64,000 nucleotides of DNA from Nitrospirota bacterium. Its GTDB lineage: Bacteria; Nitrospirota; UBA9217. Of the stretch, positions 53,253-63,525 are shown in pieces; the stretch's first letter is position 1; each line of letters opens with the position of its first letter. The stretch is taken from positions 448,001-512,000 of the forward strand of contig CAVTRN010000001.1 in NCBI GenBank assembly GCA_963737155.1. Direction: 5' to 3'. The notes beneath the pieces are model-generated. The model worked only from the letters and a program-made list of their open reading frames with translations, did no database searches and had not been told where the DNA came from. The position numbers and the translations under genes are program-made.

Positions 53253-54335
53253 CTATCTCAATTTCAACGTACTGATCGAAACCAGCGCCAGGATAATGCC
53301 GATAATCCAGAACCGGGCAATAACCTTGGACTCAGGCCAGCCGATCTGTTCAAAATGGTGGTGAATGGGAGCCATCTTAAATATACGTTTCCCGATCAGC
53401 TTGTACGACGACACCTGTAGTATAACCGAAACCGTCTCGGCCACGAAGATCCCACCTGTTATCACGAGGATCAGCTCGTGTTTGGTAACGACGGCCAGCG
53501 TACCGAGCGCCCCGCCGAGGGAGAGCGAACCCACATCTCCCATGAAAACTTCAGCGGGATGCGCATTGTACCACAGGAACCCGAGACTCGCGCCCAGCAG
53601 TGCGCCGCAGAAGATCACCAGCTCTCCGCTGCTGGGAATGTAGAGGATCTTCAGGTAATCAGCGATGATTTTGTTCCCGCCCAGGTAAACGATCACGGCG
53701 TTGGCCGTGGAAGCGATGCCCACGAGACCAATTGCCAGGCCGTCCAAGCCGTCCGTGAGGTTCACCGCGTTCGATGAACCCACGATCACCACGACGACAA
53801 AAGGAACGTAGAACCAACCGAGGTCGATGAACAGCCGCTTCAGGAACGGCACCGAGAGATAGGCGCTGTGCGGATCTCCGGGGTTATAATAAAGGAAAAA
53901 GCCGATCCCCATGGAAGCGACGATCTGGAGTCCGAACTTCTGCACGGCCCGGAGCCCCAGAGACTGTTTTTTCACGACCTTGAGATAATCATCCCAGAAT
54001 CCTATGCCGCCGAAGGCAAGCGTGGCAAAAAGCACCGCCCAGACATACTCATTCGTCAGGTCAGACCAGAGCAAAACCGAGGACACGAGCGCGGCGATTA
54101 TCAGCAAGCCACCCATAGTCGGGGTACCCTGTTTGGAAAGATGAGTTTGCGGACCATCGTTTCTGACGTGCTGCCCCACCTTGAGCCGCCGAAGCCAGGT
54201 TATCATCGAAGGAGCGAGTATGAAAGTGACAATGAGAGCCGTAATGACCGCGCCAGCACTCCGGAAGGTAATATACCGGAATACGTTAAAACCGGAAATT
54301 TTGCTGTGCAGCGGGTACAACAGGTGGTAAAGCAT
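53253..54335 (-). CDS. mraY: Phospho-MurNAc-pentapeptide transferase
   Basis: [30 protein letters not shown]. Confidence 0.97.
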   Translation of the reverse strand: MLYHLLYPLHSKISGFNVFRYITFRSAGAVITALIVTFILAPSMITWLRRLKVGQHVRNDGPQTHLSKQGTPTMGGLLIIAALVSSVLLWSDLTNEYVWAVLFATLAFGGIGFWDDYLKVVKKQSLGLRAVQKFGLQIVASMGIGFFLYYNPGDPHSAYLSVPFLKRLFIDLGWFYVPFVVVVIVGSSNAVNLTDGLDGLAIGLVGIASTANAVIVYLGGNKIIADYLKILYIPSSGELVIFCGALLGASLGFLWYNAHPAEVFMGDVGSLSLGGALGTLAVVTKHELILVITGGIFVAETVSVILQVSSYKLIGKRIFKMAPIHHHFEQIGWPESKVIARFWIIGIILALVSISTLKLR

Positions 54336-55759
54336 CAGAACTCCTCCAGGATCTTCTCCATCTTCATGCCCCGCGAGCCTTTAATGAGAACCACATCTCC
54401 GGGACGGGATAGCTTTTTGATCAGCTGGGCTGCGGCGGCGTGCGTCTCCGCATTAAATATGCGGTCTTTCTGCATCCCTGCTTCGCGAGCGCCTTCCCCG
54501 ATATCCTTCGAGAGCGCGCCGTAAGTGACCACGATATCCACACCACTTCGCGCCGCAGTCCGGCCGATTTCCCTGTGTGCTTCCGCGGCGGAAGGCCCTA
54601 GTTCCAGCATATCGCCGAGCACGGCGATCGATCTTCTCCCCGTGGCGAGCGAGACCATAGTCTTGATTGCCGCATCCATGGAGGACGGGTTGGCGTTGTA
54701 GCAGTCGGTCAGCACAGTCCTGCCCTGGATCTCCCTTACTTCGGAGCGCATGGCAATGGGAGCAAAATAATCGAGACCGTTCTTCACGGCTTCGAGCGAC
54801 TCCCCAACGGCGATTGCTGCGGCCGCTGCGGCGAGAGCGTTGTAAATATTATGCATTCCTACGGCTTGCAGCCGCACCCTCTCCGTTACGCCGCTGCTGG
54901 TTATCGTAAAACCCGTACGATGCAAATCCTGGCGGATTTCGGCGGCAACGACGTCGGCCACGTTCCTGATCCCGAACGAGATGATCCGTCCGCTGAATTT
55001 AGATTTGAGGATATCGAAGTAAGGATCATCGGCATTCAGTACCGCTGCGGCCCCGGAGTTGAGGTTGTCCAGCAGCTCACCCTTTGCTTCGGCAACCTTG
55101 TCCAGGCTGCCGAGAAACTCGAGGTGCGCTGGTCCGATGTTCGTGATAACGCCGACTGTAGGATTCACCAGCCTGGCGAGCAGGTCTATTTCCCCTGCTG
55201 CGCTCATGCCCATCTCAACGACGGCGGCCCGATGACGCTCGTTCAGCTTCATAAGCGTAAGCGGCACACCAATGTGGTTGTTCAGATTTCCTTCATTCTT
55301 GAGCACCGCCCCTTTTTGCTTCAATATGCCGGCGAGCATTTCCTTGGTCGTGGTCTTTCCGTTTGAACCCGTGATCCCCACGAGAGGGATTGAGAATTTC
55401 CCGCGGTGCAAATGCGCCATTTCCTGCAGAGCAGAGAGTGTGTCTTCCGCGGGCATAATATTCTTCAGTCCGATAAGGAGTGAACGCTGGTTCTCGAGAG
55501 CGGAACGATCAACAAGGGCGCCCCAGGCGCCCTTGTTGATCGCATCGGGAACGAAGTCATGGCCGTCGAAGCGGTCGCCCTTGAGCGCCACGAAAAGTTC
55601 CCCCGCCTTGATGTTCCTGGAGTCTATGGAAAGCCCTTTTATATCCATCCGCTCCATCATCAGCAGCAGCTCCTTCAGGACTTTTTTTTCAGCAGCGCTT
55701 ATGGTATGCAGTGTGCACATCGGAACCGGAAAGTCAGACATTCGACACACACCAGACAT
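54335..55759 (-). CDS. murF: MurF ligase
   Basis: [38 protein letters not shown]; start uncertain. Confidence 0.93.
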   Translation of the reverse strand: MSGVCRMSDFPVPMCTLHTISAAEKKVLKELLLMMERMDIKGLSIDSRNIKAGELFVALKGDRFDGHDFVPDAINKGAWGALVDRSALENQRSLLIGLKNIMPAEDTLSALQEMAHLHRGKFSIPLVGITGSNGKTTTKEMLAGILKQKGAVLKNEGNLNNHIGVPLTLMKLNERHRAAVVEMGMSAAGEIDLLARLVNPTVGVITNIGPAHLEFLGSLDKVAEAKGELLDNLNSGAAAVLNADDPYFDILKSKFSGRIISFGIRNVADVVAAEIRQDLHRTGFTITSSGVTERVRLQAVGMHNIYNALAAAAAAIAVGESLEAVKNGLDYFAPIAMRSEVREIQGRTVLTDCYNANPSSMDAAIKTMVSLATGRRSIAVLGDMLELGPSAAEAHREIGRTAARSGVDIVVTYGALSKDIGEGAREAGMQKDRIFNAETHAAAAQLIKKLSRPGDVVLIKGSRGMKMEKILEEF

Positions 55760-55786
55760 GGAATGCGAATTTTTTTCTGCTGTTGG

Positions 55787-57319
55787 TCATCTAACCTCTG
55801 CCATCTGTCTTTTCTTTATCTCTTCCCGGGCGACTTCCCGGTCATCGAAGTGGATCTTCTTCTCGCCGACGATCTGGTAAGCTTCATGTCCCTTTCCGGC
55901 AAGAACAACGATATCGCCCGCCTTTGCTAGGCCGATTGCCGCAGCAATAGCTTCCCGTCGGTCGGGATTGATCAGATAGGGCGTCTTGTCGGAGCGGCCG
56001 CTTCTGTATGGACCGACCTCCGCGACGCGCGCGCCCCTGGACGTCATCCCCGCTTCTATCTCCCTGATGATGCTGTCCGCGTCTTCGGTTCTCGGATTGT
56101 CCGACGTCACGATGACTATATCGCTCCCCCTGAGGGCTACAGCGCCCATTTTCGGACGTTTGGTCCGATCCCGGTCGCCTCCGCATCCAAAGACGGTTAT
56201 GATTCTACCCGTCGCCGCTTCACGCACTGCATCGAGGAGGCGCGCCAAGGACTCTTCCGTATGGGCATAGTCTACAATAACGCCGAACGTCTGGCCTTCA
56301 TCCACTTTCTCCATCCTGCCGGGAACAGCCTGCATCCTTGCGATGCCCCGGCCGATTGAGTCGAAATCGAACCCGAGGGCTGACGCGGCGCCGATTGCGG
56401 CAAGAATATTATAGATATTATGCTTCCCGACGAGCGGGGAGGATACCTCAACGACACCTTTTGGCGTCTGCACAGAAAACGAGAGTCCGTCGATGCCGTG
56501 CGAGATTTGCTTTTTGGGATGAATATCAGCCTTTTCGGTCAATCCGAACGTGGAAATTTTCGCTTTTGTCCGCTCTGCAATTTTTCGCGAAGCGGCGTCA
56601 TCGCTGTTGATGATCGCGGTCTTGTCCGGGGCAATGCCGGTGAACAGCAGCTGCTTCGCCTGAAGATAGGATTCCCTGTTCTTGTGGAAATCCAGATGGT
56701 CCTCCTGCAAATTGGTAAACACGGCGGTTTCGAACAAGCACTCACCGGTGCGGCCCAAAGCCAGCGCGTGAGATGAAACTTCCATGACACAGTACTCAGC
56801 GCCGATGTCCACCATTTCGCGCAGAAGCCTCTGGAGGTCAGCCGACTCTGGCGTCGTATTAGGCGCTGCATAAACCTTGTTTCCCACGCGGTAATCTATG
56901 GTGCCGATAAGACCAGTAACGTGCCCCGCAGCCTCGATGATCGATTTTATCAGATAGCTCGTCGTGGTTTTTCCCTTTGTCCCCGTGATTCCAACAATCT
57001 TGATCTGCCGCGAAGGATGTCCGTAAAACAAGGCCGCGAGCGCAGCAAGCGCCTTCCGGGTATCGGGCACAAGGATAACGGGAACATCCGGGACCGCGGC
57101 AGGGTTCGCAATTTCGGCAACAACGGCGCTGGCCCCCTGTTTTATCGCCTGCGGAATAAACTGATGGCCGTCCGAGTTGAATCCTCGCACCGCCACGAAC
57201 AACGATCCGGGAACCACTTTCCGGGAATCATGCTCAATGCCGCTCACTTCGGCGTCTTGAACGGCGTCGGGAAAAGGCGCCATGTTTCTCAATGCCTTCA
57301 GAAGATCGCGAAGTTTCAT
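55787..57319 (-). CDS. murE: MurE ligase (DAP-type DNPR motif)
   Basis: GTKGKTT, MEVSSH, DYAHT, FGCGGDRD, DNPR, AGKGHE. Confidence 0.96.
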   Translation of the reverse strand: MKLRDLLKALRNMAPFPDAVQDAEVSGIEHDSRKVVPGSLFVAVRGFNSDGHQFIPQAIKQGASAVVAEIANPAAVPDVPVILVPDTRKALAALAALFYGHPSRQIKIVGITGTKGKTTTSYLIKSIIEAAGHVTGLIGTIDYRVGNKVYAAPNTTPESADLQRLLREMVDIGAEYCVMEVSSHALALGRTGECLFETAVFTNLQEDHLDFHKNRESYLQAKQLLFTGIAPDKTAIINSDDAASRKIAERTKAKISTFGLTEKADIHPKKQISHGIDGLSFSVQTPKGVVEVSSPLVGKHNIYNILAAIGAASALGFDFDSIGRGIARMQAVPGRMEKVDEGQTFGVIVDYAHTEESLARLLDAVREAATGRIITVFGCGGDRDRTKRPKMGAVALRGSDIVIVTSDNPRTEDADSIIREIEAGMTSRGARVAEVGPYRSGRSDKTPYLINPDRREAIAAAIGLAKAGDIVVLAGKGHEAYQIVGEKKIHFDDREVAREEIKKRQMAEVR

Positions 57320-59046
57320 CGTGTCACCAGGATTGTCCTGCCTCCCACGTCGTCGGGCGGCACCTGGAGATAGGCAAGACTCTGCTCCGCAATAGCTTTA
57401 AACACCGGCGCAGCTACGTCCCCGCCATAGATGACACCTTGGGGTGTATCTACCATCACTACGATCACCAACTTCGGCGTACTGGCAGGCGTGAACCCTA
57501 CAAAGGAGCTGACATATTCTTTCTTTGAAAACCTGTGGGTCCGTTGGTCGATTTTCTGCGCCGTGCCCGTCTTTCCCGCCGCCGTATAGCCCGATGGTTT
57601 CGCTTTCTGACCCGTGCCTGCCTCGATAACCCGCTGAAGCATCTTGTTCACTTTCGCAGTGGTTTCCGCGGAGATCACTCGTCCTGCGGGCTGGGGCATA
57701 ATTTTTTGTCCCTTGCCGCCGCTGCGGTTAGCGATCTCCGACACGATATAGGGCTTCATGAGAACCCCGTTATTTGCAAAAACAGAATAAAGAGCGGCCA
57801 CCTGCATCGGGGTAACGCCAATTTCCTGCCCGATGGCGACCTCGCCGAGAGACAAGCCTGACCATGTCCGCACATCGCGTAGGATGCCCGGAATCTCTCC
57901 GGGGAGATCCACGCCGGTCTTCTTGCCGAATCCGAATGCGGTGATGTATTTATAGAATCGTTCCTTGCCGAGCCGCAAGGCCACTTTTATCGTACCTACG
58001 TTGCTCGATTCGGCAATCACATCGGTGAAAGTCAGGACACCGTGTACTTCGGCATCCTTGATCACCCGGTCGGCCAGCTGAATCTTGCCTGCCGAGCAGT
58101 CAAAAAGTTCGAGTGGGTTGACCACCCGCTCCTCAAGCGCCGCCGCAGCGAGTACTGGCTTGAAGATCGAACCCGGCTCGAAGGCGTCGGTTACCGCCCT
58201 GTTCCGCCATTCCGATGGCTTGTAGCGCTGCGGTTCGTTCGGATTGAATTCTGTGTGTCCATTCCCGTTTGCGCGTACCGTGAGCGCTAGCACTTCTCCG
58301 GACTGCGGATTCATAACGATGCAGACCCCGCCTTTGGCATGCGATGTAGCGAGCGCGGCATCGAGCTCTTTCTCGGCAATATGCTGGATCACTTCATCAA
58401 TCGTGAGAATGACGTCATTTCCCGGCTTCGGCATCCTGAACTGGAAAGCGGGACCGCCGGGAAAGACCATTCGTCCCCGGGCGTCCTTTTCAGCAAGAAC
58501 CCAGCCGTCCACGCCGCGGAGCATCCCATCGTAGACACGTTCGAGCCCTTCGAGGCCATGATTGTCCATGCCGGTAAAACCGAGCAGCGGCCCCGCAAGG
58601 GTCTTATTTGGATAGAACCGCCTCGCTTCGGTCTTGAGCCTGATATCTTCGGAATCGAGTTCCCGGACCTTGGCGGCCTTTGCCGGATCAACTTTTCGAC
58701 TGAGCCAGACGAACTGCTTGTCACCCTCGAGTTTCCGTTCAAGTTTTCGCGGGTCTTCACGCAGGATCCGCCCAAGCCGCTGTGCCAGTTCTCGCGGGTT
58801 GTCGATATTCGATGGAATACCATAGACCGAATCAACGTCAAGGCTGACTGCCAGCTCTCTGCCCATGCGGTCGAAAATCGTCCCCCGTTTCGGTCCGAGC
58901 ACAATCACTTGTTCATACTGATGTTCTCCGCGCGCGGCAAGCTTGGATTGTTCAAAGACCTGGAGGTAAAGAAGCCGCAGCACCACGAGCGCAAAGGCCA
59001 AGCCCATGATAAAAAATACCGCGACTATCCTTCCCCTTCGTTCCAT
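57316..59046 (-). CDS. ftsI: Class B PBP (FtsI/PBP3)
   Basis: RGTIFDR, EPGSIFK, SSN, KTGTAQ. Confidence 0.94.
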   Translation of the reverse strand: MERRGRIVAVFFIMGLAFALVVLRLLYLQVFEQSKLAARGEHQYEQVIVLGPKRGTIFDRMGRELAVSLDVDSVYGIPSNIDNPRELAQRLGRILREDPRKLERKLEGDKQFVWLSRKVDPAKAAKVRELDSEDIRLKTEARRFYPNKTLAGPLLGFTGMDNHGLEGLERVYDGMLRGVDGWVLAEKDARGRMVFPGGPAFQFRMPKPGNDVILTIDEVIQHIAEKELDAALATSHAKGGVCIVMNPQSGEVLALTVRANGNGHTEFNPNEPQRYKPSEWRNRAVTDAFEPGSIFKPVLAAAALEERVVNPLELFDCSAGKIQLADRVIKDAEVHGVLTFTDVIAESSNVGTIKVALRLGKERFYKYITAFGFGKKTGVDLPGEIPGILRDVRTWSGLSLGEVAIGQEIGVTPMQVAALYSVFANNGVLMKPYIVSEIANRSGGKGQKIMPQPAGRVISAETTAKVNKMLQRVIEAGTGQKAKPSGYTAAGKTGTAQKIDQRTHRFSKKEYVSSFVGFTPASTPKLVIVVMVDTPQGVIYGGDVAAPVFKAIAEQSLAYLQVPPDDVGGRTILVTR

Positions 59047-59055
59047 AATTACCTG

Positions 59056-59385
59056 TTATTTTGGCGCGGCTTTTCGTTTGACAATCACGATCTGGTCTTC
59101 AGACGGCCTGATCATGCCCAGTCGTTTGGTTGCCAGCTCCTCGATGCGCTCTGGTGAAGTGAGGCTCGACGCCTCTATCCTGAGAGACCTGTTCTCTCGT
59201 TCCATCTCCTGCTTCACCCGCTCCAGAGCATCAATCTGATACCCGAGCCGCATAATCATAACCTTTCCACCTACGTAGAGCAGCAGACCGGCAATAATCA
59301 GGAGCGCCATGAAAAAGCGCCGCAGATTCCCCCGCCTGCTCCTTTCAAATACAAATGACCCTATATTTCCAGCCTTCGCTGCCAT
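59056..59385 (-). CDS. ftsL: Cell division protein FtsL
   Basis: TM plus coiled coil, SPERIEELA..LGM; position between rsmH and ftsI. Confidence 0.88.
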   Translation of the reverse strand: MAAKAGNIGSFVFERSRRGNLRRFFMALLIIAGLLLYVGGKVMIMRLGYQIDALERVKQEMERENRSLRIEASSLTSPERIEELATKRLGMIRPSEDQIVIVKRKAAPK

Positions 59386-59510
59386 GCAGGCACTCCTTCC
59401 TGCGCAAGGAAAGAAATATCAACGACGAAAATCATATAGAGGTCATAAGACACAGCGGATCACTTTCTTGCCGAACCTGAATTTTCAGCCCCGCGTCATC
59501 CGGTTCGAGG

Positions 59511-60512
59511 TTATGATTCAGGCAGCTTTTCGGCTGCTCTCAGCTTTGCGCTCCTCGCTGCTGGATTACGAGCAAGCTCAATCGGGCCAGCCGTCACCGG
59601 ATGGCGCGTCAGAATCCTGAGCACTGGCTTTTCGTTACAGGCGCAGACTGGCAGCTTCGGTGGGCAGATGCAGCCCTTTGCTGATGCCACGAAAGCTTGC
59701 TTGACGACGCGATCCTCAAGGGAGTGAAAGGTTATAACGGCGAACCTGCCGCCGGGCTTCAGGAGGCCGATGATCCTCTCAACCCCTTCGCGAAGCGCCC
59801 CGAGTTCGTCATTGACCGCAATTCGAAGTGCCTGGAACGTGAGCGTGGCGGGATGAATGCGTCGCGGAGGGTAAGGAGGGAATACGCTCAAAACAATCTC
59901 GGCCAGTTGAACAGTACTCGTGATGGACCTCCGAGCCCTCGCCTTTTCTATAGCGCGTGCAATAGCGCCCGCTCTGCGCTCTTCGCCGTATTCGCGAATA
60001 ATCTTCGCCAGTTCATTACGGGAAAGCCCGTTCACCAGGTCGGCGGCGGTAAGCCCCCTGCTTGGGTCCATACGCATATCGAGAGGCCCGTCCAGTTGGA
60101 AGCTGAAGCCGCGATTCGGCGACTTGAGATGAAACCAGGAAACACCGAGATCGAGCACCACACCGTCTGCCGTATTATATCCCAACTCCTGCAGAACTGA
60201 CGGCAGTTCCCGGTAATTCGCCTTCCGTATGATGGCTCGGCCACCGTACGATGCAAGACTCACTCTGCACCGTTCGACAGCCTCGGGGTCCTGATCCAGC
60301 CCAATGAGAATGCCGTCAGGAGACGAACATTTCAGAATCTCCACGGCATGGCCACCCCCACCGAGCGTCCCGTCAACATAGAGACCGCCTCCCCGTGGTT
60401 TAAGCAGCTCTATCGTTTCATGCAGCAGGACGGATATATGTTCTATATTGGGAGTTGGGAGTCCATCGTTTGGAGTAGTATCAATTTCTTTTTTCCCCTT
60501 ATAATTCCTCAC
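59511..60512 (-). CDS. rsmH: 16S rRNA m4C1402 methyltransferase
   Basis: HISVLL.E, DGTLGGGGH, DLGVS, LDMRM, FQALRIAVN, FHSLED, ARSAKLR; start uncertain. Confidence 0.95.
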   Translation of the reverse strand: MRNYKGKKEIDTTPNDGLPTPNIEHISVLLHETIELLKPRGGGLYVDGTLGGGGHAVEILKCSSPDGILIGLDQDPEAVERCRVSLASYGGRAIIRKANYRELPSVLQELGYNTADGVVLDLGVSWFHLKSPNRGFSFQLDGPLDMRMDPSRGLTAADLVNGLSRNELAKIIREYGEERRAGAIARAIEKARARRSITSTVQLAEIVLSVFPPYPPRRIHPATLTFQALRIAVNDELGALREGVERIIGLLKPGGRFAVITFHSLEDRVVKQAFVASAKGCICPPKLPVCACNEKPVLRILTRHPVTAGPIELARNPAARSAKLRAAEKLPES

Positions 60513-60542
60513 ACCGAACTCCGAACTCGTGACTCAAAACTG

Positions 60543-60902
60543 TTACAACCCAAGCGGCAGGTTCGTTGCTGGTTTGCTCACCCCGAAGCTCTTCGCGGCC
60601 TGCTGGGTCGTTTCAAAAACCTGAAATTCTTCCAGAACGCCGGTGGTCCGGAAGATATTCTTGAGGTAGTCAGACATTGCCGCAAGCCGGAGATCTCCTC
60701 CGAATGATTGAAGCCGGCGCTTCTCTTCAACCAGAGACTGGATAATGGTAAAATGAATATGTTCTACGGACTCGAAATTCAAAATCAGACCGTACATCTC
60801 CCCCCTGATGAGTTGGCCGATCACCCGGTTGATCTCAGACATCTTAGCCGCATCGATCTCGCCTTCAAGGTTCATCTGATATACTTTCATTTTTTCGTCC
60901 AT
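60543..60902 (-). CDS. STAS-domain protein
   Basis: LEGEIDA...LILNFESVEHI...GGDLRLA...LKNIFRTTG STAS pattern. Confidence 0.8.
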   Translation of the reverse strand: MDEKMKVYQMNLEGEIDAAKMSEINRVIGQLIRGEMYGLILNFESVEHIHFTIIQSLVEEKRRLQSFGGDLRLAAMSDYLKNIFRTTGVLEEFQVFETTQQAAKSFGVSKPATNLPLGL

Positions 60903-60906
60903 ATAG

Positions 60907-61341
60907 TTACAGGCCCAATGCAGCGAGCGCCTCGCCGATCTTGTCACCGTTCTGAGTATTTCGCGCTTCCCAAGCCTTAGTGTCCCATATTTCTATTTTA
61001 TCAATGATCCCGACAACTGTGACGTTTTTCATTATCCCCGCGTGTCCGCGGTGCGCCGGCGGGATCAGGATACGGCCTTGTTTATCGAGTTCGCATTCGG
61101 TAGCGGACGAAAGAAGAAAGCGTCTGAAGTCCTTGGCTTCCTGCTTCATCATGGAAAGAGTCTTGATCTTCTCCTCAAGGCGCTCCCACTCCTCGAGGGG
61201 ATAGACAGTGAGACAGCGGTCGTAGTCCATGGCGAGCACAAGGCGGCCATCATAGCGGTCCGCAATGATGTCCCGGAACTTCGATGGAACACTCACTCTG
61301 CCCTTGGAATCAACGGTATGCTCATAGCTGCCCCGGAACAT
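60907..61341 (-). CDS. mraZ: Transcriptional regulator MraZ
   Basis: DSKGRVSVP and DKQGRILIP repeats, IEIW. Confidence 0.96.
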   Translation of the reverse strand: MFRGSYEHTVDSKGRVSVPSKFRDIIADRYDGRLVLAMDYDRCLTVYPLEEWERLEEKIKTLSMMKQEAKDFRRFLLSSATECELDKQGRILIPPAHRGHAGIMKNVTVVGIIDKIEIWDTKAWEARNTQNGDKIGEALAALGL

Positions 61342-61358
61342 GTCCCTCCCTGTTGCGC

Positions 61359-61422
61359 CCACCGCATCCCACTTCATACCACCTGCTGGCAAAAGTATAT
61401 CTTTCACCCGCTATGTTGTCAA
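61359..61422 (-). promoter_or_regulatory. dcw promoter with three MraZ boxes
   Basis: TTGACA-17-TATACT (61422-61394) followed by GTGG x3 at 10-bp spacing (61382, 61372, 61362). Confidence 0.8.
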
Positions 61423-61525
61423 GAAAAATATTAATTTTTGAGGTGTTACGTAGTGGGAGGATGCCTGAGATCAGTAAGTGTTTTTCGCGTGACAATGAGG
61501 CTTGGAAAAAGTAAAATGCGGTCTC

Positions 61526-61855
61526 ATGAATAATGATTATTTCATCACTGTTGATGATGCGTTCATAAAGAGGGAGAAGGCAAAAGCGCGGGAAATTCGC
61601 GATTCACAATGGTGGAAGCGAAAGCGAGCGGCTGGCATCTGTTACTACTGCGGCGGAAAGTTTATAGCAACGGAACTGACAATGGACCACCTCATCCCGA
61701 TCGTGCGCGGTGGAAGGTCGGTGCCGGGAAATCTCGTTCCCTCATGCAAGGAGTGCAATAACAAAAAAAAATACCTCCTGCCCACGGAATGGGAGGAGTA
61801 TCTGAATATGCTTCAGAAAGGAAATACACAATCCGAAGATACGCACAGGAAGTAA
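61526..61855 (+). CDS. Small HNH endonuclease-family protein
   Basis: CYYC...TMDH..P..RGG....NLV.SCKECN..K. Confidence 0.85.
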   Translation: MNNDYFITVDDAFIKREKAKAREIRDSQWWKRKRAAGICYYCGGKFIATELTMDHLIPIVRGGRSVPGNLVPSCKECNNKKKYLLPTEWEEYLNMLQKGNTQSEDTHRK

Positions 61856-61904
61856 ATGTTTATGACATGCTATGTTTTTTCCTCTTCGCGCACTCTCTGC
61901 GCAG

Positions 61905-62465
61905 TCATCCAATCTCCATCCTCCTCACCCAATCAACCCGGACCAGCTTGTTCTCATGCGACCAGCGATAGCTCACTACGCCGTGGAACGCCTTCTTGAT
62001 TGCCCGTCCAATGCGTTGCGCAAGTTTCTCATTTGTCGTAGATATTACTAGGCTTCCATCCCCGCTCTCCTTTATGGACATGACCCGCTCCAGGGGATTC
62101 AACCCACGCGCCCGTACCTCCTCATTCTTCACAAGTTTCATCAGGTCCGACTTATGCGGGAGAACATAATCGCCTTTCAACGTTACGATTCCGCCCGGGA
62201 AGTTGTCGCGGATCTTGAGACAGGCGGGACAGACCATCATTCCGGCTGCAGGGTTCTGTACAGCCGTATCATAGGCATCAGCGCCGGCATACCAGCGTTT
62301 GTTCATGTACACCGCGCGACATCCCTCGCATATAGAAACGCTGCGGCTTGCGCCGCGCGGGAGATAGGAATCCGTTATCGCTAACTTTTTTTTGTAGGAT
62401 AATATGTAGCCTTTCGGTGTTTTCGCAACTGCCTTCATAGAATCCGCCTCCTTCGTTGCCGCCAT
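61905..62465 (-). CDS. BCAM0308-family protein
   Basis: CEGC.AVY..KRW, CPAC.KIRDNFPGG, TT.EKLAQRIGRA. Confidence 0.7.
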   Translation of the reverse strand: MAATKEADSMKAVAKTPKGYILSYKKKLAITDSYLPRGASRSVSICEGCRAVYMNKRWYAGADAYDTAVQNPAAGMMVCPACLKIRDNFPGGIVTLKGDYVLPHKSDLMKLVKNEEVRARGLNPLERVMSIKESGDGSLVISTTNEKLAQRIGRAIKKAFHGVVSYRWSHENKLVRVDWVRRMEIG

Positions 62466-62472
62466 TACCAGC

Positions 62473-62688
62473 TCATTTCAACTTTCGCTTGATCTCAGGA
62501 AACTGCTTCTTAAACTCGGGAATATTTCGGGTAAGGAATGATTTAATGGCCTTCAGCTTAGCCTGCAGATCCCCGATATCTTCGGCGGATTCGACCTTTT
62601 TTTGAGCATATCCGCCACGTTGGACAGGGGCTTCCTCCTGGATCTTGATCCTCTCGGCAGTGCTGTTGCCATTTTCTTTGCCGTTCAT
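62473..62688 (-). CDS. Small hypothetical protein
   Basis: 71-aa ORF tightly packed in an operon. Confidence 0.55.
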   Translation of the reverse strand: MNGKENGNSTAERIKIQEEAPVQRGGYAQKKVESAEDIGDLQAKLKAIKSFLTRNIPEFKKQFPEIKRKLK

Positions 62689-62709
62689 GCTTCATCTCGC
62701 TCTCGATGA

Positions 62710-63018
62710 TTATTTCAGCTTCATCCCAAGTTTCTTTTCCAGCGATTCGATCTTCCTGTCCATGCGATCAGCCGCATCCTTGCGATCATCGATCTTGATC
62801 GCCGTAATCGCGCGTTCTGCATCCTTCATCACGGCATCATGACATTTTTTTACAACACCCATAACCGTGTCCCACTCTCCCTCCAACACAGTTCCCATGG
62901 GATTCGCTCGGTAGCTCAGGCCGCTCTCCACGATAATTTTCATGACCTCCGCGATGACCGGACTAACACTGACATCTTTCCCCAAAGGTACCACACTGAA
63001 CTCCACCATTATACTCAT
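62710..63018 (-). CDS. MTH1187/thiamine-binding family protein
   Basis: EFSVVPLG..SVS..IA, NPMGTVLEG, IKIDDR. Confidence 0.85.
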   Translation of the reverse strand: MSIMVEFSVVPLGKDVSVSPVIAEVMKIIVESGLSYRANPMGTVLEGEWDTVMGVVKKCHDAVMKDAERAITAIKIDDRKDAADRMDRKIESLEKKLGMKLK

Positions 63019-63460
63019 GCTGATTCGCCTCTTTGCCGCCCCTTACGCTTCAACATCCCCTTCTTCATGCGAAGACTTCCACCTCATTCCTATTTAAAGT
63101 ATAGCCGCCACTCCCTTTGATGTAAAGGCTGCCAACTAGAGTCTTCCCCGTTGAGAAATCTAATTTTATTGCGCATATTTTACTCTCGATTGCATTACAG
63201 CTAAAGCGCTGGCTACGCCGCCGTGGTCCTCCAGTCTGTTGCCGTAAATGAATGCAACCATGCCACTTTTCTCTTTAGCGACTAAGAGCAGCCGAGTTGG
63301 CATGAGGGGCTAATGCACTCTTCCCGGGGAAAATGATGTATCAGGACAAACCTCCTCAACGCCGTCTTAAAAAAACGCACGTGAAATCATTAAGGTATTA
63401 TCCCGTTCTGATTGAGTTTTTCAGCGTTGTTGCGGCAACGCTGACAGAAACCTTTTCGCC

Positions 63461-63488
63461 TTGACATTTTTCCGTCTTGCCATATAAT
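63461..63488 (+). promoter_or_regulatory. Sigma70-like promoter of gmhA
   Basis: TTGACA-16-TATAAT. Confidence 0.65.
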
Positions 63489-63525
63489 AAGTGCCTTGTT
63501 ATTGGATTTATTTCGGGGGCAGCGT

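Noticed and set aside
42509-60707. Many long plus-strand ORFs opposite dcw genes
   Set aside because: Antisense shadows of GC-rich coding sequence.
61526-61855. HNH protein as part of a defence or CRISPR system
   Set aside because: Stand-alone small HNH with no partner genes or arrays nearby.
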